DNA of 64,000 nucleotides from Hyphomicrobiaceae bacterium (lineage in GTDB: Bacteria > Pseudomonadota > Alphaproteobacteria > Rhizobiales > Hyphomicrobiaceae): positions 79,692 through 143,691 of the forward strand of contig JANRIE010000059.1 of assembly GCA_033765285.1 (NCBI GenBank), in the 5' to 3' direction. Positions 18,180 to 27,727 of the stretch are shown here, in pieces. Under the pieces are notes generated by a model. It saw only the letters and a list, made by a program, of their open reading frames with translations, was not told where the DNA came from and made no database searches. Numbering within the stretch: position 1 is the stretch's first letter; each line of letters starts with the position of its first letter. Both the position numbers and the translations under genes were made by a program.

Positions 18180-19214
18180 TCAATGGCTCGCCGCGACGAC
18201 ACCCCAAGGATAGCGGCCCACCGTGATCGACTTGATCGCCCGTTCCTTGGCGACATCAATGACGGTCACGTCGTTGGAGGCACCGTTGGTGGTGAACAGC
18301 AGTTTCTCGTCGGGCGTGAAATTGAGGTTCCAGACGCGCTGGCCGACGAGGATGTACTTTTCGACCTTGTGATTGACTGCATCAATGACGGCGATGCGAT
18401 TGGCTGGCCCGAGCGCGACGAATGCCTTCTTGCCGTCCTGGGTGATGCGGATGCCGACAGGCTGGATGGCCTCCGGCGTAATTCCAGGAATTTCGAAGGT
18501 GATCTTCTTGGTGACCTCTTTCTTCTGCGGGTCGATGATGGAGATTGTGCCGCCGATTTCAGCAGACACCCACAGCTCCGAGCCGTCCGCCTTGAAGATC
18601 GCAACCCTGGGACGGTTGTCGACCAGGATGTTGGCCGTCGTCTCGTTTGTCGCCGTGTCGATGAAATGGGCCATGTTGGTCGTTTCGGACGTGTTGACCA
18701 CGTACTTTCCGTCCGGGCTCACACCCATACCTTCCGGCTCGACGCCGACTGGGACCTCGGCCAGGATCTTACCGGCGTCGATGTCGACCACCGTGACGAT
18801 GTTGTCGTCCTCGTTGGCGATATAGAGCGGGTTGCCCGAGGGGTGCAGCGTGAACAGCTCAGGGTCGGGTCCGGACGGCAGCGTCTTGATGAACTCGAAC
18901 GTCTTGGCGTCGTAGACCTCGATGCGGTTGTCGTCCGAGGTGCAGACCAGAACCCAGCTCTCGTCCTTGGCCAGGATGATGCCGCGTGGCCGCTGCCCGG
19001 TCTTGATGGTGTGAACGACCTTGAGGCTCTCGCTGTCGATAACCGAGATGGTGTTTTCTTTCTCGTTTGAAATGAACACCTTGACGGCATAGGCGGGTGT
19101 GCTCGCCGTCAACGTCCAGGCGAGAAGCGGGAGGGTGGCGAGGAAGATGCGGGTTGTGCTCACGGATCGGCCTCTTTGCAAGCGGGGGGAAGGACGGCGC
19201 GGGGACCGGCTCAT
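18180..19214 (-). CDS. YVTN-type beta-propeller protein (PQQ-dependent catabolism-associated, PedB-like)
   Basis: Repeated ...ISVIDSESLKVV..., ...VTVVDIDAGKIL..., ...ISIIDPQKKEV..., ...IAVIDAVNHKV..., ...VTVIDVAKERAI blades. ATG 19214 overlaps the upstream stop (ATGA). Confidence 0.8.
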   Translation of the reverse strand: MSRSPRRPSPRLQRGRSVSTTRIFLATLPLLAWTLTASTPAYAVKVFISNEKENTISVIDSESLKVVHTIKTGQRPRGIILAKDESWVLVCTSDDNRIEVYDAKTFEFIKTLPSGPDPELFTLHPSGNPLYIANEDDNIVTVVDIDAGKILAEVPVGVEPEGMGVSPDGKYVVNTSETTNMAHFIDTATNETTANILVDNRPRVAIFKADGSELWVSAEIGGTISIIDPQKKEVTKKITFEIPGITPEAIQPVGIRITQDGKKAFVALGPANRIAVIDAVNHKVEKYILVGQRVWNLNFTPDEKLLFTTNGASNDVTVIDVAKERAIKSITVGRYPWGVVAASH

Positions 19215-20503
19215 TTGAACGCGGCGCATTTGGTCTCGGGCCGGTCGATGCCCAGGGTGTCGAGGGTGGTGGTCTGGTGCAGAAAGCCCTGCTGCGGCGA
19301 GACGGTGACGTGCAGAGGCGGCGTGGCGATGAAAATTGGCTGGCGGATCTGCGCGTTCCACGGGCGGTAGGTCAGCTTCTGGCCTTTGAACGCAGCCAAC
19401 TCGAATCTTTCCGACAGCATGTAGTCGATCAGCATCTTCGGATCGCCAGACTTCGTGCGCGTGGCTGCCTCGCCGATGGAGCGGACCGCCATCCAGGCCG
19501 CGTAGTCGAGCGGACGCATGATGCGGCCAGCCTTGCGTTTGAAGCGGTTCTGGAACTGCGTTGCCCCCCAAAGCTCTGAGGCCGGGTGCCACGTCGTGGG
19601 GTAGAGCCCGTGCGTTCCGGCGACCGGGCGGGGGGTCCAGGTGCGGAACAGGAAGTAGTCGCCGAACTGACCGGCCTCATCGGCCACGAGCAACACGTCG
19701 TGATCGGGAAAGTCCTGGGTGAACGACGGGATCTGCTGCTGAACCTGCTCAAATCCGCCATCCGAGCGGCGGCTGCCCGGTTTGTAATCGAAGGTTTTTT
19801 CAGCCAGGATTTTGAGGCCGAAGCGCGCCGCTGACCGGCGCAGAGCCTCGGCGTACTGCTGGTCGTCGGGCGTCGGGCCAGACACCAGCACAAGCTTGCG
19901 CCATTGTTTCCATGCCAAATACTGGGCGAGGGCGTCGGTCAGCATCGTGCGGGAGGCGGCCGTGTGCTTGACGTTGACCCGGCAGTCTTCCTCGCGCAGC
20001 CGTTCGTCCGTCGCCCCGGCATTGAAGATCACGGCGTCCTTGCCCTTGATCGCGTCGGCCAGGGCCAGCAGTGTCGCAGGACTCGCGTCGACGACGAAAA
20101 ATCCCAGGCCGTTGCCGATGGCGTCCAGAACGCGCGCGATCAGGTCCTCCGCCTTGGAACTTTTGATCTCGGTCAGCAAAAAGCTCTGCTTGAGAAACCG
20201 CCCCGTCGTCTCGTTGTCGTCGATCCCCAGCAGCGCGCCAGCCAGCCCGTCGTCGTCAGGCGCAAAGGCGAGAAGCGACAATGGCGGCAGGCGTTCGCGC
20301 TCTTCGCGCACATAAACGATCGGGATCGTGGTGACATCATCGTCGACCGGGGCGGCGGTGCCGGGGACGCCTTGCGCATGCGCGGGCACCGCACCGGTCA
20401 CGAGGGGATAAACAGCCCCGGTCAGGGCTACGAAGGCGACGGCCAGCGTGGTGGCTGCCCAACGCCAGCCGGCTCCACGGCGGGTGGTGTCCGCTCGGCT
20501 CAA
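19211..20503 (-). CDS. ABC transporter substrate-binding protein, PQQ-dependent alcohol dehydrogenase system type (PedA1-like)
   Basis: TTG start 20503 with SD GGGAGGA. It has a signal peptide and an LivK-like periplasmic binding fold pattern, and sits first in the operon with the propeller, ATPase and permease. Confidence 0.7.
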   Translation of the reverse strand: MSRADTTRRGAGWRWAATTLAVAFVALTGAVYPLVTGAVPAHAQGVPGTAAPVDDDVTTIPIVYVREERERLPPLSLLAFAPDDDGLAGALLGIDDNETTGRFLKQSFLLTEIKSSKAEDLIARVLDAIGNGLGFFVVDASPATLLALADAIKGKDAVIFNAGATDERLREEDCRVNVKHTAASRTMLTDALAQYLAWKQWRKLVLVSGPTPDDQQYAEALRRSAARFGLKILAEKTFDYKPGSRRSDGGFEQVQQQIPSFTQDFPDHDVLLVADEAGQFGDYFLFRTWTPRPVAGTHGLYPTTWHPASELWGATQFQNRFKRKAGRIMRPLDYAAWMAVRSIGEAATRTKSGDPKMLIDYMLSERFELAAFKGQKLTYRPWNAQIRQPIFIATPPLHVTVSPQQGFLHQTTTLDTLGIDRPETKCAAFK

Positions 20504-20724
20504 ACTCGATCCTCCCTTACGTCTTTTGGTTCGTAACTTAATTACCTTTGTCGGGCAGGCAAGTATCGCGGCGATCAGACCCGCTTATGATATCGGCAGG
20601 CCGCTAGGCGTTGTGAGCGCGGGTCGGGGATGATACCGGTGTGGCCGCAGGGTGCGATCTGTGCACCAGAGCCGTGCGTTGTTCTAGTGACAAAACTCTC
20701 ATCTGAACGGGGCGAGGCAGGCGC

Positions 20725-21291
20725 ATGTGCCGGTTCGGGAATGTATGGCAAAAGATTATGGGAACGGCTGTCGCGTGGACGGCACTGGGGCTCGTGACCC
20801 TGCTGTCGGCGAGTGGTGCCGTCGCAGCCGACGACCGGCCCGCCGCCAAAACGGCTATCCTGCCGTTCGACATGGCCATCGAACAGCAGATGGGACAGGT
20901 GGGTCTGCTGCCGGAGCCGACCAAACTGGAAAGGGCGCGACTGAAGCTCGTGACGGACGAACTCGGCAAACTGCTGGGGCAGACCGGACGCTACGCTGTC
21001 GTGGATCTCTCCGGGTATGCCGCGGAAATCGACAAGGCGTCGCCATTCGACAGATGCAACGGCTGTGAAGTCGAGATCGCCAAAAAAGTCGGGGCGGATC
21101 TGGCGGTAACCGGGCTCGTTCAGAAAGCGTCCGAACTCCTGCTCAACGTCAGCATCTACGTCCGGGACGTGGCCAGCGGCAATTTGACGAAATCTATGGC
21201 CGTCAGCATCCGGCAGAACTCCGACGAGGGATGGCTGCGGGCCGTCCGCTCGCTGGTCAAGAACAGGTTCGCCGAGGAGGAGAAGGGATGA
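20725..21291 (+). CDS. secreted DUF3280/DUF2380-like protein with a CxxC motif
   Basis: Signal peptide ...WTALGLVTLLSASGAVAA, then TAILPFDM..., DRCNGCEVEIAKKVGADLAVTGLV. The family assignment is from memory and needs an HMM check. Confidence 0.5.
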   Translation: MCRFGNVWQKIMGTAVAWTALGLVTLLSASGAVAADDRPAAKTAILPFDMAIEQQMGQVGLLPEPTKLERARLKLVTDELGKLLGQTGRYAVVDLSGYAAEIDKASPFDRCNGCEVEIAKKVGADLAVTGLVQKASELLLNVSIYVRDVASGNLTKSMAVSIRQNSDEGWLRAVRSLVKNRFAEEEKG

Positions 21292-22274
21292 TGCAGCTCG
21301 ATCGCCGGAGCCTGCTGCTGTCCCTGGCGGCCGCCGCTGCTGCGCTGCCGGGAGGTGTGCCCGCTTGCGCCGCGGGCAAGCCCCTGCGCCTGGGCGCACT
21401 GAAATTCGGTTCGCTGTCCTGGTTGTTGGAAACGATGCAGGGCAAAGGGCTCGTGGCCGCGCAGGGCGTCGTTCTCGACGTGGTCGATACGGCCTCGACG
21501 GGGGCTGCCCGCATCGGTTTGCTGGCAGGCGATCTCGACATGATCGTGTCGGATTGGCCGTGGGCCATGCGCCAGCGCTCGGAAGGCGAGCCGTTGAAGT
21601 TCGCGCCATTCTCCTCGGCGCTGGGCGCGCTCATGGTCCCCGCCGATAGCCAGGTCAAGACGCTGGCCGATCTCAAGGGGCGCAGGATCGGCGTCGCCGG
21701 CACCTCGATCGACAAGAGCTGGGTCCTGCTCAGAGCATACTCGCGCACTGCATTGGGCACCGATATCGCCGAGATGACGACGCCTGTGTTCGGGGCCGCG
21801 CCGCTGATCACGGAGCAGTTGCGCCAGGGCCGCGTCGATGCGGCGCTGAATTTCTGGACGTTCTCCTCTCGCCTCAAAGGGACAGGCTACCGCGAACTCC
21901 TCACCATGACCGACGTCATGGCGGGCCTGGGAATTGCGCCGCCGCCGCCGCTGGTCGGATTTGTGTGGAGCGAAAAAAAGATGGCCGGCCGCGACGACGA
22001 GGTGGTCCGGTTCCTGGCCGCGGTGGCCGCCGGCAACGAGATATTGCGAACATCGGACGCCGCCTGGCCGCCGCTCAGAGACTTGATGCAGGCCGCCGAT
22101 GACGCCGAACTGGCGGCCTTGCGGGATGCTTACCGGGCAGGACTAGTCGGAGCCTGGACGCCAGCACTGACCCAGTCTGCTGGCCAGCTCCTGAAACTCC
22201 TCATCGACCTCGGCGAGTCCGAACTCGTCGGTTCCGCAACCAAGTTCGACGCGAAGCTGTTCCATGGCGCTTGA
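21288..22274 (+). CDS. NitT/TauT-family (NMT1/ThiY-like) ABC substrate-binding protein with a Tat-type signal
   Basis: MMQLDRRSLLLSLAAAAAAL (RR motif). LRLGALKFGSLSW..., GRRIGVAGTSIDKSW are typical of the family. The start overlaps the previous stop (ATGA). Confidence 0.75.
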   Translation: MMQLDRRSLLLSLAAAAAALPGGVPACAAGKPLRLGALKFGSLSWLLETMQGKGLVAAQGVVLDVVDTASTGAARIGLLAGDLDMIVSDWPWAMRQRSEGEPLKFAPFSSALGALMVPADSQVKTLADLKGRRIGVAGTSIDKSWVLLRAYSRTALGTDIAEMTTPVFGAAPLITEQLRQGRVDAALNFWTFSSRLKGTGYRELLTMTDVMAGLGIAPPPPLVGFVWSEKKMAGRDDEVVRFLAAVAAGNEILRTSDAAWPPLRDLMQAADDAELAALRDAYRAGLVGAWTPALTQSAGQLLKLLIDLGESELVGSATKFDAKLFHGA

Positions 22275-23076
22275 GACCACCGGGAAGGAAGAAAGGCTCG
22301 GTCGGGTCGGCCGCGGGTTCGTCGGCGAGGTCCTGCTTGGCCGCCTCGGCTGGACGCTGGTTTCGTTCCTCGTGCTGCTTGGTGTCTGGCTGGTCGTTGC
22401 CGCAGTCCTGCAGAGCCGCCTGTTCCCGGGGCCGATGGATGTGCTCGCCACGCTGTCGCGGGAAGCCGCGACGGGGGCCCTGTTCCATCATGTCGGCGTC
22501 ACTCTAGCGCGGGTTGCGGCGGCGTTCGTCGTGGCCATGGCCATCGGCAGTGCCATCGGCATTGCGCTGGGAGCCTCGCGCAGCGCCGACCGCTTCTTCG
22601 ACACCTGGCTCATCTTCTTCCTGAACCTGCCAGCGCTGGTCACGATCATCTTGTGCTACGTGTGGTTCGGCCTGACCGAATTGGCGGCCATCGTCGCGGT
22701 CTCGGTCAACAAGATCCCCAACGTCGCGGTGACCGTGCGCGAAGGTGCACGCTCGCTGTCGAGGGACCTGACCGAAATGGCGGCGGTTTACCGGCTCGGC
22801 TGGTGGAAGACACTGCGGCACGTGACGGTGCCGCAACTGGCCCCCTTCTTCGCGGCGGCGGCGCGTGGTGGGCTGGCGCTGGTGTGGAAGATCGTCCTCG
22901 TCGTCGAACTGCTCGGCCGCTCGGACGGCGTCGGCCATCAGCTCCACATCGCCTTCCAGCTCTTCGACGTCTCGATGATCCTTGCCTATGCGATCGCGTT
23001 CATTCTCGTCGTGCAGGCGATCGAGCTCGGTGTGCTGCAACCCATCGAGGCGCACGTCAACAGGTGGCGGCGCTGA
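22264..23076 (+). CDS. NitT/TauT-family ABC permease
   Basis: 270-aa BPD-type permease. It overlaps the substrate-binding gene by 11 nt and its stop overlaps the ATPase start (TGATG). Confidence 0.8.
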   Translation: MALETTGKEERLGRVGRGFVGEVLLGRLGWTLVSFLVLLGVWLVVAAVLQSRLFPGPMDVLATLSREAATGALFHHVGVTLARVAAAFVVAMAIGSAIGIALGASRSADRFFDTWLIFFLNLPALVTIILCYVWFGLTELAAIVAVSVNKIPNVAVTVREGARSLSRDLTEMAAVYRLGWWKTLRHVTVPQLAPFFAAAARGGLALVWKIVLVVELLGRSDGVGHQLHIAFQLFDVSMILAYAIAFILVVQAIELGVLQPIEAHVNRWRR

Positions 23077-23795
23077 TGGCCCGACCGCTTCGCCTGCGCA
23101 TCGACGAGAAGACTTTTCCGCCCGTCGCCGACCGGCCGGCCCAGAAGGTGCTGGCCGACATCGAGCTGACGATCGCGCCGGGCTCGTTCGTCGTGCTGAC
23201 CGGCCCGTCGGGCTGCGGAAAATCGACGCTGCTCAATGTGCTCGCCGGCCTCGACGAGAGTTTCACCGGCTCGGTCGATCTGGGCAGCGACGATCCCAAA
23301 CTCGCCTTCATGTTCCAGACGCCGCGGCTTTTGCCCTGGCGGACGGTCGAGGAGAATATAGCCCTGGTGATCGAGGGCGCGGTGCCAGGTGACCCGCGCG
23401 TCGCCGAAATCATCGGGCGGGTCGGCCTGACTGAAGCTGCCAACGCCTACCCCGAGCGGCTGTCGTTGGGCATGCAGAGGCGCGCCGCGCTCGCCCGCGC
23501 ATTCGTTCTGGCTCCCGATATCCTGCTGATGGACGAGCCGTTCGTCTCCCTCGACGATCCGACTGCCGACAGTCTCCGGCGGTTGCTGATCGAGTTGTGG
23601 ACCCGCAGGCCCACCACGGTGCTGTTCGTCACGCACGATCGGACCGAGGCGGTCATGCTGGCAACCCGCGTCGTGCGGGTCGACGGCCGCCCGGCGACGG
23701 TCGTGCAGGACGAGGTGATCGACCTGTCGGTCACCGACCGTGCCAACCGCGAGCGGGTCCTGGCCGTGCGCGCCCGCGTGTTCGCGGAGGCGTGA
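23076..23795 (+). CDS. NitT/TauT-family ABC ATP-binding protein
   Basis: Walker A GPSGCGKST, signature LSLGMQRRAALA and Walker B ILLMDEPF. ATG 23076 lies inside ORF 22653..23795. Confidence 0.85.
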   Translation: MARPLRLRIDEKTFPPVADRPAQKVLADIELTIAPGSFVVLTGPSGCGKSTLLNVLAGLDESFTGSVDLGSDDPKLAFMFQTPRLLPWRTVEENIALVIEGAVPGDPRVAEIIGRVGLTEAANAYPERLSLGMQRRAALARAFVLAPDILLMDEPFVSLDDPTADSLRRLLIELWTRRPTTVLFVTHDRTEAVMLATRVVRVDGRPATVVQDEVIDLSVTDRANRERVLAVRARVFAEA

Positions 23796-23799
23796 GGTG

Positions 23800-24552
23800 A
23801 TGGCGCCCCTGTCACCCCTGCGCCGGCGGGATGGCCGGCCGGGCATGCTCGCCAGTGTGAGATGCGGGTCCGAGGCCGAAATTTGTCTCGCCGCCGGTGC
23901 TGATCTGATCGACGCCAAGGACCCGGCTACGGGCGCGCTCGGTGCGCTTGATGACCGTGAGATCGCCCGGATCGTGGGCACCGTCTCGGGCAGGCGTCTC
24001 GTCAGCGCAACTGTCGGCGATCTGCCGTGCGATCCGGATGTCCTGGTCGGTGCGGCCCTGCGGACAGCCATGTGCGGCGTCGACCTCGTCAAGATCGGTC
24101 TGTGGCCGGGGCCTGGCGCGGCGTCCGCGATCATGGCGCTCGGCGGTGCCAGGCTCGAGGGCCGGTTCGGGCGGGCGGAGTTGGTGGCGGTGATGTTGGC
24201 AGACCTCAGCATCGACCCGACGCTGCTGCCGCTGCTGGGTCGCGCGGGCTTTGTCGCGGTCATGCTCGATACGGCGGGTAAGTCCGGCGGGGGCCTCCTC
24301 GATGCCCTGTCGCGGCCAGAGATCGCGACGTTTGTGCAGGCGGCGCGCGACGAGAACCTCGCCGTGGGCCTTGCGGGAAGTTTGCGGACAGGGCATATCG
24401 CGGCCCTGATCGACCTTGACGCGGACATTCTCGGTTTTCGGGGCGCACTGTGCGAAGGACAATCGCGAACCGGAGCCATCGCTCCCTCGGCGGTGCTGGC
24501 CGTGCGCGAAGCGATCTGGGCAGCCGCAGGCGTTCGCCAGTCGGCTGAATGA
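23800..24552 (+). CDS. MfnB-like (5-formylfuran-3-yl)methyl phosphate synthase (DUF556), methanofuran biosynthesis
   Basis: MLASVR..EAEICLAAGADLIDAKDPATGALGA, SATVGD, DLVKIGL, VMLDTAGKSG, LAGSL and GFRGALC parallel M. jannaschii MfnB blocks, including the three lysines. Start is 23800 (SD GAGG) or 23845. Confidence 0.75.
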   Translation: MAPLSPLRRRDGRPGMLASVRCGSEAEICLAAGADLIDAKDPATGALGALDDREIARIVGTVSGRRLVSATVGDLPCDPDVLVGAALRTAMCGVDLVKIGLWPGPGAASAIMALGGARLEGRFGRAELVAVMLADLSIDPTLLPLLGRAGFVAVMLDTAGKSGGGLLDALSRPEIATFVQAARDENLAVGLAGSLRTGHIAALIDLDADILGFRGALCEGQSRTGAIAPSAVLAVREAIWAAAGVRQSAE

Positions 24553-24606
24553 AGAACGCGCCGGCTTGGCCGGCCCGCTGAAGACATCGCGCGAGGAGCG
24601 CAGTTC

Positions 24607-25017
24607 ATGTCCGATATGTCCTTGCTCGCGCACCGGTTCGGTTCAGCCGCCAACGTGGCCAGTTGCGACCGCATCTTTGTCGATAGCCTCGTGCTCGACT
24701 GCCACATCGGCGTCTATGCCGAGGAGCAGGGCATTACCCAGAAGGTCTCGTTTTCGATCGAGGCGGCGGTCGCACCGGCCATCCGGTCGCGCAACGACGA
24801 GATCGTCGAGGTGCCGTCCTATGACGACCTGTCCAACGCTGTGAAGGCAACCATCGCTGCAGGCCACATCAACCTCGTCGAGACCATGGCCGAGCACATC
24901 GCCGAGCGAATCCTGTCCGACAAACGGATCGTGGAAGTGCGCGTGCGGGTCGAGAAGCTGGAGCGCGGTCCGCGCGCCGTGGGGGTCGAGATCGTCCGCC
25001 CGCGCCGACGCGGGTGA
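24607..25017 (+). CDS. dihydroneopterin aldolase (FolB-family), probably the H4MPT-branch enzyme
   Basis: IFVDSLVLDCHIGVYAEEQGITQKVSFSIEA...YDDLSNAV...HINLVETMAEHIAERIL is a FolB pattern. 136 aa. Confidence 0.7.
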   Translation: MSDMSLLAHRFGSAANVASCDRIFVDSLVLDCHIGVYAEEQGITQKVSFSIEAAVAPAIRSRNDEIVEVPSYDDLSNAVKATIAAGHINLVETMAEHIAERILSDKRIVEVRVRVEKLERGPRAVGVEIVRPRRRG

Positions 25018-25048
25018 GGCTCAGTCCGTCGCGCGGGGGCAGACCGTC

Positions 25049-25687
25049 GTGGGAGCCGTCACCGTCATAAAGATCGGCGGCAGCCTCGCGGAAAGCCCGG
25101 AGGCGCTAACCCAAGTTCTCGACATCGTGCAGCGCGCCGCGGGGGCCGTTGCGATCGTTCCAGGTGGTGGGCCGTTCGCACAGGCCGTGCGCGCGGCGCA
25201 GGCTCAGATGCGGTTTTCCGATGTCGCGGCCCATCGGATGGCGATCCTGGGCATGCATCAGATGGCCGAGGTGGTGGTCGAGAGGTTGCCGCGCGCCCAG
25301 CTTGTCACCACGTCTGCCGAGGTGGCGTTCTGCGCTGGCGCAGGGATGATACCGGTCTGGCTACCGCTGGATGAAATCGGCGACGTACCGGAGCTGCCGC
25401 CGACCTGGGCCGTGACGTCTGATGCCATCGCGGCCTGGCTCGCCGCCCGGATCAGCGCGGACCAACTCGTGCTTCTCAAGGCCTGTCATGTGCCCCGGCA
25501 GGCGACGGCCGGTGAACTGGCCGGCCTCGGCATCATCGACGCGGTCGCGCCGGGCATCATCGCGGCGCATGGGGTTTGCACGTCGGTGCTGGGCGACGGC
25601 GACGAGGCGATGTTTGCGGGCTTGCTGAGGGTACGCATGCCAGTCGATGGTGCAGCCGGTGCGCCTCAGGGTGGCGTGCCGGAGTGA
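25049..25687 (+). CDS. amino-acid-kinase-fold protein linked to C1-cofactor biosynthesis (possibly MfnE-like kinase)
   Basis: GTG start. VIKIGGSLAES...VAIVPGGGPFA is an Asp/Glu/UMP-kinase-fold N-terminus. Context is the MfnB and pterin genes. Confidence 0.6.
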   Translation: MGAVTVIKIGGSLAESPEALTQVLDIVQRAAGAVAIVPGGGPFAQAVRAAQAQMRFSDVAAHRMAILGMHQMAEVVVERLPRAQLVTTSAEVAFCAGAGMIPVWLPLDEIGDVPELPPTWAVTSDAIAAWLAARISADQLVLLKACHVPRQATAGELAGLGIIDAVAPGIIAAHGVCTSVLGDGDEAMFAGLLRVRMPVDGAAGAPQGGVPE

Positions 25688-25697
25688 AGGACAAGGG

Positions 25698-26258
25698 ATG
25701 ACGAGAGACGATGTCAAAACGCCGCGTTGGGCGTGGGTGCTGACGGGTTCGGGCCACTTCTTCAAGGAGAGCCTCGCGATCATGCGCACGCTCGAGCCAC
25801 TCGACGTTTTTCTGTCGGCGGCTGCCGAAGAAGTGCTCAACATGTACAAGCAGGAGCTGGACCTGCCGACGGGCACGCGCATCTTCAAGGATCGGACGGC
25901 GTCGGCGGCCCCCGTCGGAAACTTCTACTACGGGGTTTATCACACGCTCGTCGTCGGTCCGGCCACCTCGAATACCGTGGCGAAGTGCGTTTACGGAATT
26001 TCCGACAATCTGGCGACCAACGTCTTCGCCCAGGCTGGCAAATGCCGGGTACCGGCCATCGTGTTCGCCTGTGATACGGCCCCGGAAATGGATACCGAGG
26101 CGCCCAAGGGCATGGTCAAGGTCTATCCGCGCCGGATCGACCTGGAGAACACCGAGAAGCTCAAGGCGTTCGACGATACGATCGTGGCAGAAACGCTGGT
26201 CGAGCTCGAGGCGGCGGTGGCGGAGCGGCGGCAATGGCTGACAAGCTCCTCCTGCTGA
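25698..26258 (+). CDS. AfpA/DmrB-like flavoprotein (candidate dihydromethanopterin reductase)
   Basis: WAWVLTGSGHFFKESLAIM...VVGPATSNTVAKCVYGISDNLATNVF is a flavoprotein (PF02441-like) pattern as in archaeoflavoprotein AfpA and Burkholderia DmrB. Confidence 0.65.
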   Translation: MTRDDVKTPRWAWVLTGSGHFFKESLAIMRTLEPLDVFLSAAAEEVLNMYKQELDLPTGTRIFKDRTASAAPVGNFYYGVYHTLVVGPATSNTVAKCVYGISDNLATNVFAQAGKCRVPAIVFACDTAPEMDTEAPKGMVKVYPRRIDLENTEKLKAFDDTIVAETLVELEAAVAERRQWLTSSSC

Positions 26259-27727
26259 CCGGACGGCTCGCCGAAGCACGCCTGCGGCAACTCGTCGACG
26301 ACCTCGGTCTCGCCCCAGAGGCGTGCGAGGTCCGCCACGTCGGGATCAAGGTGGCCGCGCTGATGACCGAGGCCATCGTGCGCAATCGTCTGGCCGCGCC
26401 CATCACCGCCGATCGCGTGATCGTACCGGGCCGCTCGCGCATGGACCTCGATCGGCTCGCGCAGCACTTCGGCGTGCCGTTCCAGCGGGGCCCGGACGAG
26501 TTGATCGACCTGCCCGCATTTCTCGGGCGCGGAGGCAAGCCCCCGGACCTCAGCGGCCATGCCGTGCGAATCTTCGCCGAAATCGTGGAGGCCCCGCAGC
26601 TCACCATCGAGGCCATCCGCGCTCGTGCCCGCCAGCATGCCGCCGCGGGTGCCGACGTCATCGACGTCGGCTGCCAGCCGGAGGCTGATTTTCCGCATCT
26701 GGAAGCGGTGATCGGCGCACTGAAAGCAGATGGCCTCAAGGTCAGTGTCGATTCTGGTGATCTGACCGAACTGCGCCGCGGTGCTCTGGCTGGCGCGGAC
26801 CACGTGCTGTCGCTCGACGAGACCAGCCTGGACGTCGTTGCCGGCACGACCTGCGTCCCGGTCCTGGTGCCGCGACCGCACGGTGATCTGGCCTCGCTGC
26901 TGCGTGCCATCGACGCGGCCACCGCTAAAGGTATCGCGCATCTGGCCGACCCCATTCTCGATCCCATCCATTTCGGGTTCACGGCTTCGCTGGAGCGCTA
27001 TGGCGAATTGCGCCGGCTGCGGCCCGAGGTCGACATCCTGATGGGGACCGGCAATCTGACCGAACTGACCGAGGCCGACAGCCAGGGCGTGACCGCGCTG
27101 CTGATGGGCATCTGCTCGGAACTCGATATCCGCAATGTCCTGATCGTGCAGGTGTCGCCCCACACCCGCCGCACCGTCGAAGAACACGATGCCGCGCGCC
27201 GGCTGATGTTCAGGGCCAAGGCGGACGGCAGCCTGCCCAAGGGTTATGGCGGCGGGCTCTTGTCATTGCACGAGTTGGCGCCGTTTCCCCTCTCGCCGGG
27301 CGAAGTCGAAGAGATGGCCCGTGGGATCAAGGACCTGAACTTTCGCATCGCGGCAACGACCGATGGCGTGCACATCGCCAATCGTGACGGGCATCATCAG
27401 GGCAAGGACCCGTTCGAGCTGTTTGGGCTGCTTGGCGTCGAATCCGATGGCAGCCATGCGTTTTATCTCGGCTATGAGCTGGCCAAAGCCGAGATCGCCT
27501 ATCGGCTCGGTAAGCGCTACGTGCAGGACCAGCCGCTGATGTGGGGCGTCGCCGCCGACGCCAAGACCGACGACGACCTGACGCACCACGCGCCGGAAGG
27601 TGCTACCCTGAAAGCCAAGAAGAACCGAAAGACAGGGCAGGCAAAAGACCAGGCCGGAGCAGCGGAGGAGTTGGGCGATGCCGATGATCGTCGAGACGGT
27701 GCTGACGACGCGGGCGAAGTCGGGTGA
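26234..27727 (+). CDS. dihydropteroate-synthase-like pterin-binding protein with N- and C-terminal extra domains (MptH-like, H4MPT biosynthesis)
   Basis: Central ...AAGADVIDVGCQPEADFP..., LKVSVDSGD and DPILDPIHFGF are DHPS/pterin-binding TIM-barrel motifs. 497 aa. It overlaps both neighbouring genes. Confidence 0.65.
   Translation: MADKLLLLTGRLAEARLRQLVDDLGLAPEACEVRHVGIKVAALMTEAIVRNRLAAPITADRVIVPGRSRMDLDRLAQHFGVPFQRGPDELIDLPAFLGRGGKPPDLSGHAVRIFAEIVEAPQLTIEAIRARARQHAAAGADVIDVGCQPEADFPHLEAVIGALKADGLKVSVDSGDLTELRRGALAGADHVLSLDETSLDVVAGTTCVPVLVPRPHGDLASLLRAIDAATAKGIAHLADPILDPIHFGFTASLERYGELRRLRPEVDILMGTGNLTELTEADSQGVTALLMGICSELDIRNVLIVQVSPHTRRTVEEHDAARRLMFRAKADGSLPKGYGGGLLSLHELAPFPLSPGEVEEMARGIKDLNFRIAATTDGVHIANRDGHHQGKDPFELFGLLGVESDGSHAFYLGYELAKAEIAYRLGKRYVQDQPLMWGVAADAKTDDDLTHHAPEGATLKAKKNRKTGQAKDQAGAAEELGDADDRRDGADDAGEVG

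Noticed and set aside
22986-24707. Very long ORFs antisense to clearly identified genes. Examples: 22986..24707 (-), 30995..33136 (+, opposite groEL), 15830..17644 (+), 52016..53731 (-), 10575..11804 (-), 41830..43308 (+), 44451..45860 (+), 60083..61693 (+), 28590..30341 (+), 61826..62956 (-).
   Set aside because: These are typical shadow ORFs of a ~64% GC genome. The translations are Arg/Pro/Gly/Ala-rich with no recognisable motifs, and in each case the opposite strand encodes a protein with strong family signatures.
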